This document shows positions 56,955 to 64,000 of a stretch of 64,000 bases of DNA, piece by piece. The DNA is from Anaerolineae bacterium. GTDB taxonomy: Bacteria > Chloroflexota > Anaerolineae > Fen-1058. A program made the translations under genes and the position numbers. The DNA is taken from the NCBI GenBank assembly GCA_035283185.1, contig DATEUJ010000144.1, positions 17,185-81,184 on the forward strand, given 5' to 3'. Numbering within the stretch: position 1 is the first letter of the stretch; every line of letters begins with the position of its first letter. The notes beneath the pieces were generated by a model, which saw only the letters and a list, made by a program, of their open reading frames with translations, was not told the DNA's origin and did no database searches.

Positions 56955-57484
56955 TGCTTCGCGTCGGTCAACCGGCACCCGACTTGCGCCTGCCAGGTCT
57001 GGACGGATCACCGATCGCACTGTCGGATTATCGAGGCCGACCGGTCGTGCTCGTCTTTCTGCGCCATCTCGGCTGACTGCCCTGCCGCGAGCACGCGATG
57101 CAGTTGCATCGCCGACGAGACGCAGTGCTGATGCTGAATGGCGAGGTATTGCTGATCACCTTTTCCAGCGCGGAGCAGGCGCGTCGCTGGCGGGACGAGA
57201 CTGGGATCGACTTTCCGTTGTTGCTCGATGCGAATCGGGCTGTCTATCGCGCTTATGGTCTACGGTCCTCGATCTGGCGCGTGTGGCAGCCTAAGGTGCT
57301 GGCGTATTACGCGCGAGCCTTGTTGCAAGGGCAGCGCTGGCGCGGCATCCGCGACGATCCGCACCAGTTGGGCGGCGATTTCGTTGTCGATGCCGCCGGG
57401 ATGTTGCGCTTCGCGCACCGGAGCGAAGACCCGACTGATCGCCCGGCAGTTGATTCGCTCTTGTCGGTACTTCGACAGATGTGA
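56954..57484 (+). CDS. peroxiredoxin-like 2 / AhpC-TSA_2 family protein with in-frame TGA (putative Sec41)
   Basis: MLRVGQPAPDLRL...GRPVVLVFLRHLG-TGA(57074..57076)-LPCREHAMQL... in the same frame. The family motif is F(L/V)RxxGCxxCR. Confidence 0.72.
57095..57112 (+). promoter_or_regulatory. candidate SECIS hairpin GCGATG-CAGTTG-CATCGC
   Basis: The palindrome gcgatgcagttgcatcgc starts 18 nt after TGA 57074..57076. Confidence 0.45.
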
Positions 57485-57487
57485 GGT

Positions 57488-58732
57488 GTGGATATGGGAC
57501 AAGTCGCAGTCAATCTACCTCGAATCACCTGGCTGATGATCTTCGGCGTGCTACTCACGGCCTGCGCGGGAGCAGCCACTGGCCCAACGCCGGCCGAGCC
57601 CCCGCTGCCCGCCCTGGCCCCGACCCAGACTTCCCAATCGACGAAAGCCCCTACGATGACTCCCTCGCCCTCTCTGGACGAGCCGCCGCCTGCGGGCGCG
57701 CAGTTCGAGTTCACCACCGACTTCAGCAAGCACGCGGTCTCGTACCGCGAAATCCTCTCGGGCGGACCGCCCAAGGATGGCATTCCCGCAATCGACGATC
57801 CCAAGTTCATCAGCGTCGAAGAGGCCAAACAGTGGCTGTTACCGGTCGAGCCGGTCATTCTCGTTCAAGTTGGCGACGACGCCCGCGCCTATCCACTGCA
57901 GATCCTGACCTGGCACGAGATCGTCAACGACGCCGTCGACGGTGTGCCGCTCACGGTGACGTTCTGTCCGTTGTGCAACACCGCCATCGCCTTCGAGCGG
58001 ACGGTCGACGGGCGCGTGCTCGACTTCGGCACGACCGGCCGGCTGCGCTACAGCAACCTGATCATGTATGACCGCCAGACCGAGACGTGGTGGCAGCAGG
58101 CCACCGGCGAGGCGATCGCCGGTGAGCTAACGGGGACGCGGCTGAAGTTCTATCCGGCCTCCATCATCGCCTGGGCCGATTTCAATACCCACCATCCCGA
58201 TGGCAAAGTGCTCTCGCGCGATACGGGCTTTGGTCGGGATTACGGGCGCAATCCGTATACTGGCTACGACGACGTGAACAGCTCGCCGTTCCTGTATCGC
58301 GGGCCGGAGACACCCGGCGCGCTGCCGGCTGTGGCGCGCGTGCTGACAATCGCCTTGAACGGCGAGGCAGTGGCTTACCCTTACGACGTGCTGCAGGACG
58401 TGCGCATGGTCAACGACACGGTCGGCGGGACAGAGGTCGTCGTGGTGTGGAAGGGAGGCACGGCTTCCGCGCTCGACACCAGCCGCATCGCCGACGGGCG
58501 TGATGTCGGCGCGGCGAGTGCGTACTCGCGTGTTCTCGACGGCGAGACACTGACTTTCTCCCTCGACGGCGGGCGAATCGTCGATGACCAGACCGGCAGC
58601 GAGTGGAATGTGCTCGGGCAGGCGGTCGGCGGAAAACTGGCGGGCAAATCGCTGACGCCTGTCGTCGCCATCAACCACTTCTGGTTCTCGTGGGCAGCCT
58701 TCAAGCCGGAGACGCGCATCTACCAACCGTAG
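57488..58732 (+). CDS. DUF3179-family lipoprotein (Cys form, CPLC)
   Basis: Lipobox LLTACAG. DGIPAIDDPKF, YPLQILTWHEIVND, VTFCPLCNTAI and MYDRQTETWWQQ. Confidence 0.8.
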   Translation: MDMGQVAVNLPRITWLMIFGVLLTACAGAATGPTPAEPPLPALAPTQTSQSTKAPTMTPSPSLDEPPPAGAQFEFTTDFSKHAVSYREILSGGPPKDGIPAIDDPKFISVEEAKQWLLPVEPVILVQVGDDARAYPLQILTWHEIVNDAVDGVPLTVTFCPLCNTAIAFERTVDGRVLDFGTTGRLRYSNLIMYDRQTETWWQQATGEAIAGELTGTRLKFYPASIIAWADFNTHHPDGKVLSRDTGFGRDYGRNPYTGYDDVNSSPFLYRGPETPGALPAVARVLTIALNGEAVAYPYDVLQDVRMVNDTVGGTEVVVVWKGGTASALDTSRIADGRDVGAASAYSRVLDGETLTFSLDGGRIVDDQTGSEWNVLGQAVGGKLAGKSLTPVVAINHFWFSWAAFKPETRIYQP

Positions 58733-58935
58733 CAAAGAGCTGACGCTGCTCGAAATACAGAATGAACATTCCGTACATCCTCCAATACATCCTCGAAGCT
58801 AAAAAAGTCGTCCTGGTTGCTCTGTCCGAACTCTTCCTCGTCCCATTCCGCCTCTTCGTCACTCGCCTGGGCGGCTTGCTGCGCAAACCAGTGTTTCGCA
58901 GTCTCGCTGCGCTCGAGGTCGCGCAGGTCAAACAT
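58720..58935 (-). CDS. possible small acidic protein
   Basis: 71-aa ORF, Asp/Glu-rich, start abutting the upstream gene's stop. Weak call. Confidence 0.3.
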   Translation of the reverse strand: MFDLRDLERSETAKHWFAQQAAQASDEEAEWDEEEFGQSNQDDFFSFEDVLEDVRNVHSVFRAASALCYGW

Positions 58936-60131
58936 CAGCGGTTTGCCGGTTTGCCGCTGCGATCCGGCGCCAGGGGCAAGTCACCCAACTCGTCGCGTGT
59001 GGAATCTGCTGCAAGAGCCGCCGCCGTTGGATGCAGCACCCAGCGCTCAACCAGATGACGCACCTCGTTGAACTCTTGAGGCAGCAGAATGTTGTACTTT
59101 CGATTGGCTTCGACCGCGGCCGCGATACTTGCCTGGGCACGCGCGAGGCCGATGCGATACAACCGCTCGCCCATCATGCGTCCAGCCTTGTCCACCAGCT
59201 CGCGCTGGAACTTTTGAGGCGTCATGCCCTGCGTAGGAAACATATCCTTGAGCGCGCCACGCCACGGCACGCCAAAATCGAGCAAAAAGACCAGCGCCTG
59301 AATCGCGCCGCCCACGCGCTCCCAGGCCACAGTCACGCTCTGTTGCCAGGGATGATTCGGATCGGTCGCATACGCGGCATAGAAGCGATCTTGCGCGAGG
59401 TCGAGGATGGCGCGGGTAACTGGCTTGACGCCGCGCGCGGCCAGGCGCTCCAGCGCGCGCTCGGCCTTCTGCTGTACCTCCGGAAAAGGAGTGGTGTGCG
59501 CCAGCGCGTAAAGAAAATCCGCCTCCAGGTCGGTGGCCCCTTCCTCGCCGCTCTTGATATACTCCATCAAAATCCCCGTGCCGTCAATCGCCTCTTCCGG
59601 CATCCGGTTAATGTGGTGCATAAAGGCTTCCACTTCGGCCGGATCGCGCGATTCACGCAAGGAGCGTGCCAGGCCGCGCATGCCTGTGCGGAATAGATCC
59701 TCTGCCGCTTTGATGTCGCCGGGCTTGATATCACGCGGCGAGAAATAGCGGCTCGGATCGCTCAGGTCTACCTCTTCGCCCATCTCCGTGAGGATGACCA
59801 GCGCCGTCATCTTGGCGTCGAGCGAAAGCGCACCGCGCTTTTTCACTTGCTGCCAGAGATAGTCAATCACCTCGCGGCTTTTCAGGCGCGGCAGCAGCGA
59901 CATGAGCGTTTCGCGCTCGTCGTCGGGCGTCCCCTCCATCCGCTTGACGAGCGCGTCGAGCGCAGCCGGCTGACCGACCTCTGCCATTAACACGCGCACA
60001 CCCGCTTCCAGCCCATCGAGATCGAGTTCACCTCGCGCCTGCCGCTCGAACAGTGCGTCGAGGCGGGGGCGGGTCATCACGCGCGGATCAATCTTGGGCG
60101 CTTTGGTTTTCTTCGATTTACTCATCTCCAT
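58935..60131 (-). CDS. hypothetical protein (alpha-helical, no domain recognised)
   Basis: 398-aa ORF with normal composition. The opposite-strand ORFs look like shadows. Confidence 0.55.
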   Translation of the reverse strand: MEMSKSKKTKAPKIDPRVMTRPRLDALFERQARGELDLDGLEAGVRVLMAEVGQPAALDALVKRMEGTPDDERETLMSLLPRLKSREVIDYLWQQVKKRGALSLDAKMTALVILTEMGEEVDLSDPSRYFSPRDIKPGDIKAAEDLFRTGMRGLARSLRESRDPAEVEAFMHHINRMPEEAIDGTGILMEYIKSGEEGATDLEADFLYALAHTTPFPEVQQKAERALERLAARGVKPVTRAILDLAQDRFYAAYATDPNHPWQQSVTVAWERVGGAIQALVFLLDFGVPWRGALKDMFPTQGMTPQKFQRELVDKAGRMMGERLYRIGLARAQASIAAAVEANRKYNILLPQEFNEVRHLVERWVLHPTAAALAADSTRDELGDLPLAPDRSGKPANR

Positions 60132-60340
60132 TCCCTCTCGATGTATGATTTGAAAAGTTGCAGCGCCCCATTCACTCCTCGTAAATCAAAGGCGTCGGGA
60201 TCAAATTCGCCACCGATCCATTGTACCATGTCATCGTGTTCAGGACGGTGGGAATCGCGCATCGCTTCTAAAAAGGTGTCAGAGCCCCACACCCCGCCGA
60301 CACGCTTCGCGTCAGGCGGGCACGCACGCTTGCCATCCAC
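60122..60340 (-). pseudogene. C-terminal fragment of a pRiA4b ORF-3-like family protein
   Basis: KRACPPDAKRVGGVWG..FLEAMRDSHRPEHDDMVQWIGGEFDPDAFD resembles the family's ACPPEDxGG...HPEH...FDPExF tail as I recall it. The upstream part is in another frame and abuts an IS remnant. Confidence 0.4.
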
Positions 60341-60479
60341 ACAGTGGGAATTTTGACCAAGTGTTCCAGCGTCAACTCGGCGACCGTGCCATTCGGCAAT
60401 CGGAGACGGACAGGCGAACGGTCAGCGCGTTTCTGAATCTCTAAAGCCGAAAAAGAGCGGCCATCTGACAATGGACAAG

Positions 60480-60766
60480 CGGCGGCGTTGGCGCTTCGCT
60501 GTGAGGAAGCCCGACACGCCGTAACCTACTTCACCAACAATGCCCAGCGCATGCGATACGACCAGTTCCGCGCCGCGGGCTATGTGATTGGGAGTGGCAC
60601 GGTGGAGAGTGGCTGCAAGCAGATCGTGACCCAACGCCTCAAACGGCCCGGCGCGCAATGGACGGTGGACGGTGCAGTGCGCACAGCCAAAGCGCGGGCC
60701 GCTTGGCTCAGTGGCCAATGGGAGACCTTATGCACTCAGCGGGCGGCCCTGCCCTTAGCCGTCTGA
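60480..60766 (+). mobile_element. ISKra4-like transposase 3' remnant
   Basis: YFTNNAQRMRYDQFRAAGYVIGSGTVESGCKQIVTQRLKRPGAQW matches the conserved C-terminal block of ISKra4-type transposases as I recall it. No N-terminal part and no inverted repeats were seen. Confidence 0.55.
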
Positions 60767-60851
60767 CACCTTTCGCGTGCACCCAATCGTGCAAGCCGAT
60801 TGATCTTTGGGCCGATTGCCGGTAGAATAGATCGCGATCTCTCACAAGCCT

Positions 60852-62843
60852 ATGTCCAAAAAGAAGTCTCGATCGGGCAAGAAGCCCGGCCCTTCAGCCG
60901 CTCGTCCCCTCTCCGCGAAGCTCGTCGACGCGCTGGAAGAAGCAGACTCGCTTATGCAGCGAGGACGGCTCGACGAGGCGATCGACATCCTCGAATCGGC
61001 TGACCGGCGATATCCCAATCGGCCAGAAGTGTTGACCCAACTGATGAACGCCTATCACGACGTTGAAGAAATGGTCGGCTACATGTCCGTCGCCGAACGC
61101 CTGAGCCGGCTTAGGCCCAACGATCCCGACCTCACGCTTGCCCTCGCCGGGGCATACGCAGCCAACCTGCTTCCGGCGCTGGCCCTGCACACATGCCGCC
61201 GCATTCTCAACCGCTGGCCCGATCACGCACACGCCGATGAAGTGCGCAAGATGGCAGCCGATCTGGAGTCGTTATTACGCGCAGAGCAAGGTAAATTGGA
61301 CGTGCCAGGCGAAGAAGGGCTTGAATTGCTGACGATGCATGACACGGTGCGGTTGTACCTGGCGCAGGGCAGGTATCGAGAAGCCCGCCAGGCCGCCGAA
61401 GGCCTGCTGCGCCGCCACCCCAATTTCGCGCCTGCACTGAACAACATGAGCCAGGCTTACTATGCCGAAGGCAGGCTCGATCAGGCGATCTCCACGACGC
61501 AGCGCGTGCTCGCCTTCGAACCGGAGAACGTCCACGCCCTGTCTAATCTCACGCGTTACCTGTGCCTGAGCGGCCATCCGGACGAGGCCAGGCAGTGGGC
61601 AGAACGCCTCAAGGTCAGCGCGGCCCAAGCGGCGGACGTGTGGCTAAAGAAGATGGAAGCGCTCACTATCCTCGGCGACGACCAGGGCGTGCTGGATGTC
61701 TTCCATCGCGCCGAGCAAGCCGGCGCGCTGCAATCGCCCAATGCCGATCCGACGCTCTATCACCTGGCCGCCGTCGCCGCCTTGCGTCTGGCGCGCGAAG
61801 GGGATGCACGCGAATACTGGAAACGCGCGCTGAAGCTATCTACGGATTTCGAGCTGGCGCGTGACAACCTGAACGACCTGCGCAAGGCCACTCGCGAGCG
61901 GCACGCGCCGTGGGCTTTCGGAACAGGCAACTGGCTCACACAGCAGGCCATCCAGGATCTCATCGTGCACATCGAGCCGGCATCCCGCCGGGCCGACGAC
62001 GACGCCGTCACGCAGGCCGCACGGCGCTACCTGCGCAAGCATCCAGAGATGAACGGGTTGGCACCTGTCCTGCTCGATCGAGGTGACCCGGACGCGCGCG
62101 GCTTCGCGCTGCGGCTGGCGCTGATGGCAGAAACGCCCGAGATGCTGGCCGTGCTGCAAGACTTCGCACTCGGCCAGCGCGGGCCGGACGAGATGCGCTT
62201 CCAGGCGGCGCAGGCCGCCGCCAAGGCCGGATTGTTGCCCCCCGGGCCGACACGCTTGTGGCTGGATGGCGAGTGGCGCGAGTTATTGCTGTTGGGCTTC
62301 GAAATACATGGCGAGCCGCTCACACAGCACCGGCCGCCGGTGGAGCAATGGGCTCTCGACGCCATGCAGGCGCTGCGCGACGGCGATTTTATCGAGGCTG
62401 AGCGCCTGCTCAAGCAGGCGCTGGAGATCGAGCCGGACCAGCCCGACCTGCTCAATAACCTGGCCGCAGCGTACGATCGGCAGGGGCGCACGGTCGAATC
62501 TCGAGCGCTGCTCCGGCAAATCCACGAGCAGCATCCCGACTATCTATTCGCCCGCATGGGGCTTGCCCGGCTGCACGTGCAGAATGGGCAGCTTGCCGAA
62601 GCCAGAGCGCTGCTCGAGCCACTGTGGACGAAAAAGCGCTGGCACTTCAGCGAATATGCGTCGTTCTGCGGCGCGCAGATCGAGCTGTTGCTTGCAGAAG
62701 GCAATCGAGAAGCCGCTCTGTCCTGGCTAGATATGTGGGCGGATGTCAATCCGGATCATCCGGATCTGCACAGGTATCGTGACCTTTTGGGCCGGACAGG
62801 CCGATTGAGGAACCTCTTCAGGCGGCCCGCGCGACCCAAGTGA
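60852..62843 (+). CDS. TPR-repeat protein
   Basis: 663 aa with many 34-aa Ala/Leu/Tyr-patterned repeats (for example LNNLAAAYDRQGRTVESRALLRQI). Confidence 0.7.
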   Translation: MSKKKSRSGKKPGPSAARPLSAKLVDALEEADSLMQRGRLDEAIDILESADRRYPNRPEVLTQLMNAYHDVEEMVGYMSVAERLSRLRPNDPDLTLALAGAYAANLLPALALHTCRRILNRWPDHAHADEVRKMAADLESLLRAEQGKLDVPGEEGLELLTMHDTVRLYLAQGRYREARQAAEGLLRRHPNFAPALNNMSQAYYAEGRLDQAISTTQRVLAFEPENVHALSNLTRYLCLSGHPDEARQWAERLKVSAAQAADVWLKKMEALTILGDDQGVLDVFHRAEQAGALQSPNADPTLYHLAAVAALRLAREGDAREYWKRALKLSTDFELARDNLNDLRKATRERHAPWAFGTGNWLTQQAIQDLIVHIEPASRRADDDAVTQAARRYLRKHPEMNGLAPVLLDRGDPDARGFALRLALMAETPEMLAVLQDFALGQRGPDEMRFQAAQAAAKAGLLPPGPTRLWLDGEWRELLLLGFEIHGEPLTQHRPPVEQWALDAMQALRDGDFIEAERLLKQALEIEPDQPDLLNNLAAAYDRQGRTVESRALLRQIHEQHPDYLFARMGLARLHVQNGQLAEARALLEPLWTKKRWHFSEYASFCGAQIELLLAEGNREAALSWLDMWADVNPDHPDLHRYRDLLGRTGRLRNLFRRPARPK

Positions 62844-62900
62844 GGACCACGTCCCGCACACCCCCGCCCTGCTCACTCGGGCGGGGGTGTTGCCATGTGT

Positions 62901-63422
62901 CTACAGGCGGATATACTGCCGCCACTCCGGCCGGATGTCCGAAGTCATCACCAGGTAACTCGCGCGCGGCGTCTTCGGCTCGAAGCCCGGATCGTGGAAG
63001 CGCATGCCTGCCTCGTGCATCGAGCGGCCCGCCTTGCGTTGCTGGCAGCGCCAGCAGCTCGCCACCGTGTTGCCCCAGGTATTCGACGGGATGCTCTGGC
63101 GCCGGCACTTCCACTGCGGGATGACGTGATCGATCGTCGCCTGGCGCGCGTGCAGCTTCCGGCCGCAGTACCGGCAGGTGTAGCGATCGCGGATCAGCAC
63201 GCCGCGCCGCGACCAGGCAGCGCCGCGCTGCGGGACGTTGACGTAGTATCGCAGGCGCAGGACGCTGGGCATCGGCTGGCGGCGGCTCGGCGAACGCACC
63301 TCGCGACCCGGCGCCGCCTCGACCATCTCCGCCTTGCCTGCCAGTAGCAAGTTCACCGCGCGCGGGAGGCCGATGATGTGCAGCGGCTCATAACTGGCGT
63401 TCAGCAGCAATACGTTGACCAT
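62901..63422 (-). CDS. HNH endonuclease
   Basis: RDRYTCRYCGRKL...ATIDHVIPQ...NTVASCWRCQQRK (HNH with a Cys4 zinc site). ATG 63422 with an AAGGA RBS that touches the 3' end of the neighbouring tRNA. Confidence 0.8.
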   Translation of the reverse strand: MVNVLLLNASYEPLHIIGLPRAVNLLLAGKAEMVEAAPGREVRSPSRRQPMPSVLRLRYYVNVPQRGAAWSRRGVLIRDRYTCRYCGRKLHARQATIDHVIPQWKCRRQSIPSNTWGNTVASCWRCQQRKAGRSMHEAGMRFHDPGFEPKTPRASYLVMTSDIRPEWRQYIRL

Positions 63423-63434
63423 GTCCAATCCTTA

Positions 63435-63508
63435 TGGGCCTGCAGGGAGTCGAACCCTCTCTGACTGCCTTATAAGAGCAGCGCCCTCAACCGGAGAGCA
63501 CCAGGCCC
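63435..63508 (-). tRNA. tRNA with anticodon UAU (Ile-like), non-canonical G8 and a G-G mismatch in the T stem
   Basis: Manual fold: acceptor GGGCCTG/CAGGCCC, anticodon loop CTTATAA, T loop TTCGACT. No encoded CCA. Confidence 0.6.
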
Positions 63509-63514
63509 ACACTG

Positions 63515-63588
63515 TGCCGCCCGTCGGACTCGAACCGACCCTTTCCCGGCGCTTCAGACCGGAGCCCTACCGGCTAGGCCAGAGCGGC
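63515..63588 (-). tRNA. tRNA-Phe (GAA)
   Basis: Acceptor GCCGCTC/GGGCGGC, anticodon loop CTGAAGC, T arm GTCGG-TTCGAGT-CCGAC. The variable region seems to be 6 nt. Confidence 0.7.
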
Positions 63589-63613
63589 AGCGACTGTGGA
63601 TCGTTTCGGCCAG

Positions 63614-63687
63614 TACCAGCCCTCGGACTCGAACCGAGATGAACCGCGGTCTGAGCGCGGTGCGTCTGCCATTTGCGCCAGGCTGGC
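63614..63687 (-). tRNA. 74-nt class-I cloverleaf with anticodon CAG (a Leu codon reader without a long variable arm)
   Basis: Acceptor GCCAGCC/GGCTGGT (G1-U72). Anticodon arm CCGCG-CTCAGAC-CGCGG. Variable region TTCAT only. T arm CTCGG-TTCGAGT-CCGAG. Confidence 0.55.
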
Positions 63688-63719
63688 ACGGTAGCGGGTA
63701 CGGGAACGGATCAATGCAG

Positions 63720-63792
63720 AACCCTCGGTCGGATTTGAACCGACTGTCTCCGCGTTCGAAGCGCGGCATGCGTCCCATCGCACCGCGAGGGC
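63720..63792 (-). tRNA. tRNA-Arg-like (UCG)
   Basis: Acceptor GCCCTCG/CGAGGGT (G1-U72). Anticodon arm CCGCG-CTTCGAA-CGCGG. T arm GTCGG-TTCAAAT-CCGAC. C8 instead of U8. Confidence 0.6.
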
Positions 63793-63794
63793 AG

Positions 63795-63867
63795 TCGGGA
63801 AGGCGGGGCTCGAACCCGCGACCTCTGCAGTCCAAGTGCAGTACGCTGCCAACTGCGCCACTTCCCG
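63795..63867 (-). tRNA. tRNA-Pro (UGG)
   Basis: Fully canonical fold. C1-G72 acceptor CGGGAAG/CTTCCCG. Anticodon loop CTTGGAC. T arm GCGGG-TTCGAGC-CCCGC. Only 2 nt from the next tRNA. Confidence 0.85.
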
Positions 63868-63871
63868 ATGC

Positions 63872-63901
63872 ACCCCTCACCGGTTGCAAAGCCGGTGAGG
63901 G
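63872..63901. other. perfect 11-bp hairpin between two tRNA genes
   Basis: CCCCTCACCGG-ttgcaaa-CCGGTGAGGGG. Confidence 0.6.
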
Positions 63902-63938
63902 GTCGTCTTGCGCCAACACCCGTGGCCATCAGACGAGG

Positions 63939-64000
63939 AGGAGACGGCGCGAGTCGAACGCGCAGCCCTCGTCGGGCGCCCGTTTTCGAGACGGGGTGGC
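63939..64000 (-). tRNA. tRNA-Ser (CGA), 5' part outside the window
   Basis: Anticodon arm CCCGT-CTCGAAA-ACGGG. Long variable arm GCCC-GACGA-GGGC. T arm GCGCG-TTCGACT-CGCGC. Confidence 0.6.

Overview
High-GC bacterial chromosomal segment. The gene content, an ISKra4-like transposase remnant and REP-like palindromic intergenic elements suggest a Chloroflexota-like organism, but that is inference only. The window has five blocks. (1) 1-8.3 kb holds sugar, two-component and housekeeping genes. (2) 8.5-16.5 kb is a composite minus-strand mercury-resistance island. It carries merA, an HMA protein, a DsbD/CcdA-like membrane protein, a MerR-family regulator, a merB fusion, a flavoprotein disulfide reductase and a duplicated merA 3' remnant, and it sits behind a textbook MerR-type promoter. 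(3) 16.5-24.3 kb is a unidirectional thiol-redox supercluster: Grx-TrxR, NnrE, trxA, TlpA-like, CcdA, Grx-like, cytochrome c and OsmC-like. It lies divergent from an ECF sigma / ZAS anti-sigma pair. (4) 28.5-43.4 kb is a carbohydrate and pentose-phosphate block: GH15, glk remnant, tkt, OsmC, GH63-like, tal-pgi, HAD, ribA, gnd and zwf. (5) 47.4-56.3 kb is an arsenite oxidase locus (aioBA) with a NarL-type two-component system and two di-haem cytochrome c peroxidases. A tRNA array abutting an HNH endonuclease gene lies at the 3' edge. The main finding is five independent in-frame TGA codons, each exactly at the redox-active Cys position of a thiol oxidoreductase. The five proteins are an Lpd/MerA-like flavoprotein, an OsmC-like protein, DUF3179, a deiodinase-like protein and a Prx-like2 protein. 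Each TGA is followed by a GC-rich hairpin, so I read them as selenocysteine codons. The DUF3179 case, the flavoprotein embedded in the mer island, and a repeated DUF3179 + UxxC-thioredoxin-fold gene pairing look like the most novel parts. Other notable observations are an apparently circularly permuted CcdA, three tandem membrane proteins built from five copies of one 2-TM module, a run of decayed genes (an amber in trxB, a gnd frameshift, and glk, ftsH, fmdE, SDR and merA remnants), phased heptamer repeats around the aio regulator, and a 74-nt class-I tRNA with a CAG anticodon. No CRISPR array and no rRNA were seen. All calls were made by eye from the sequence and ORF translations; no database search was run.
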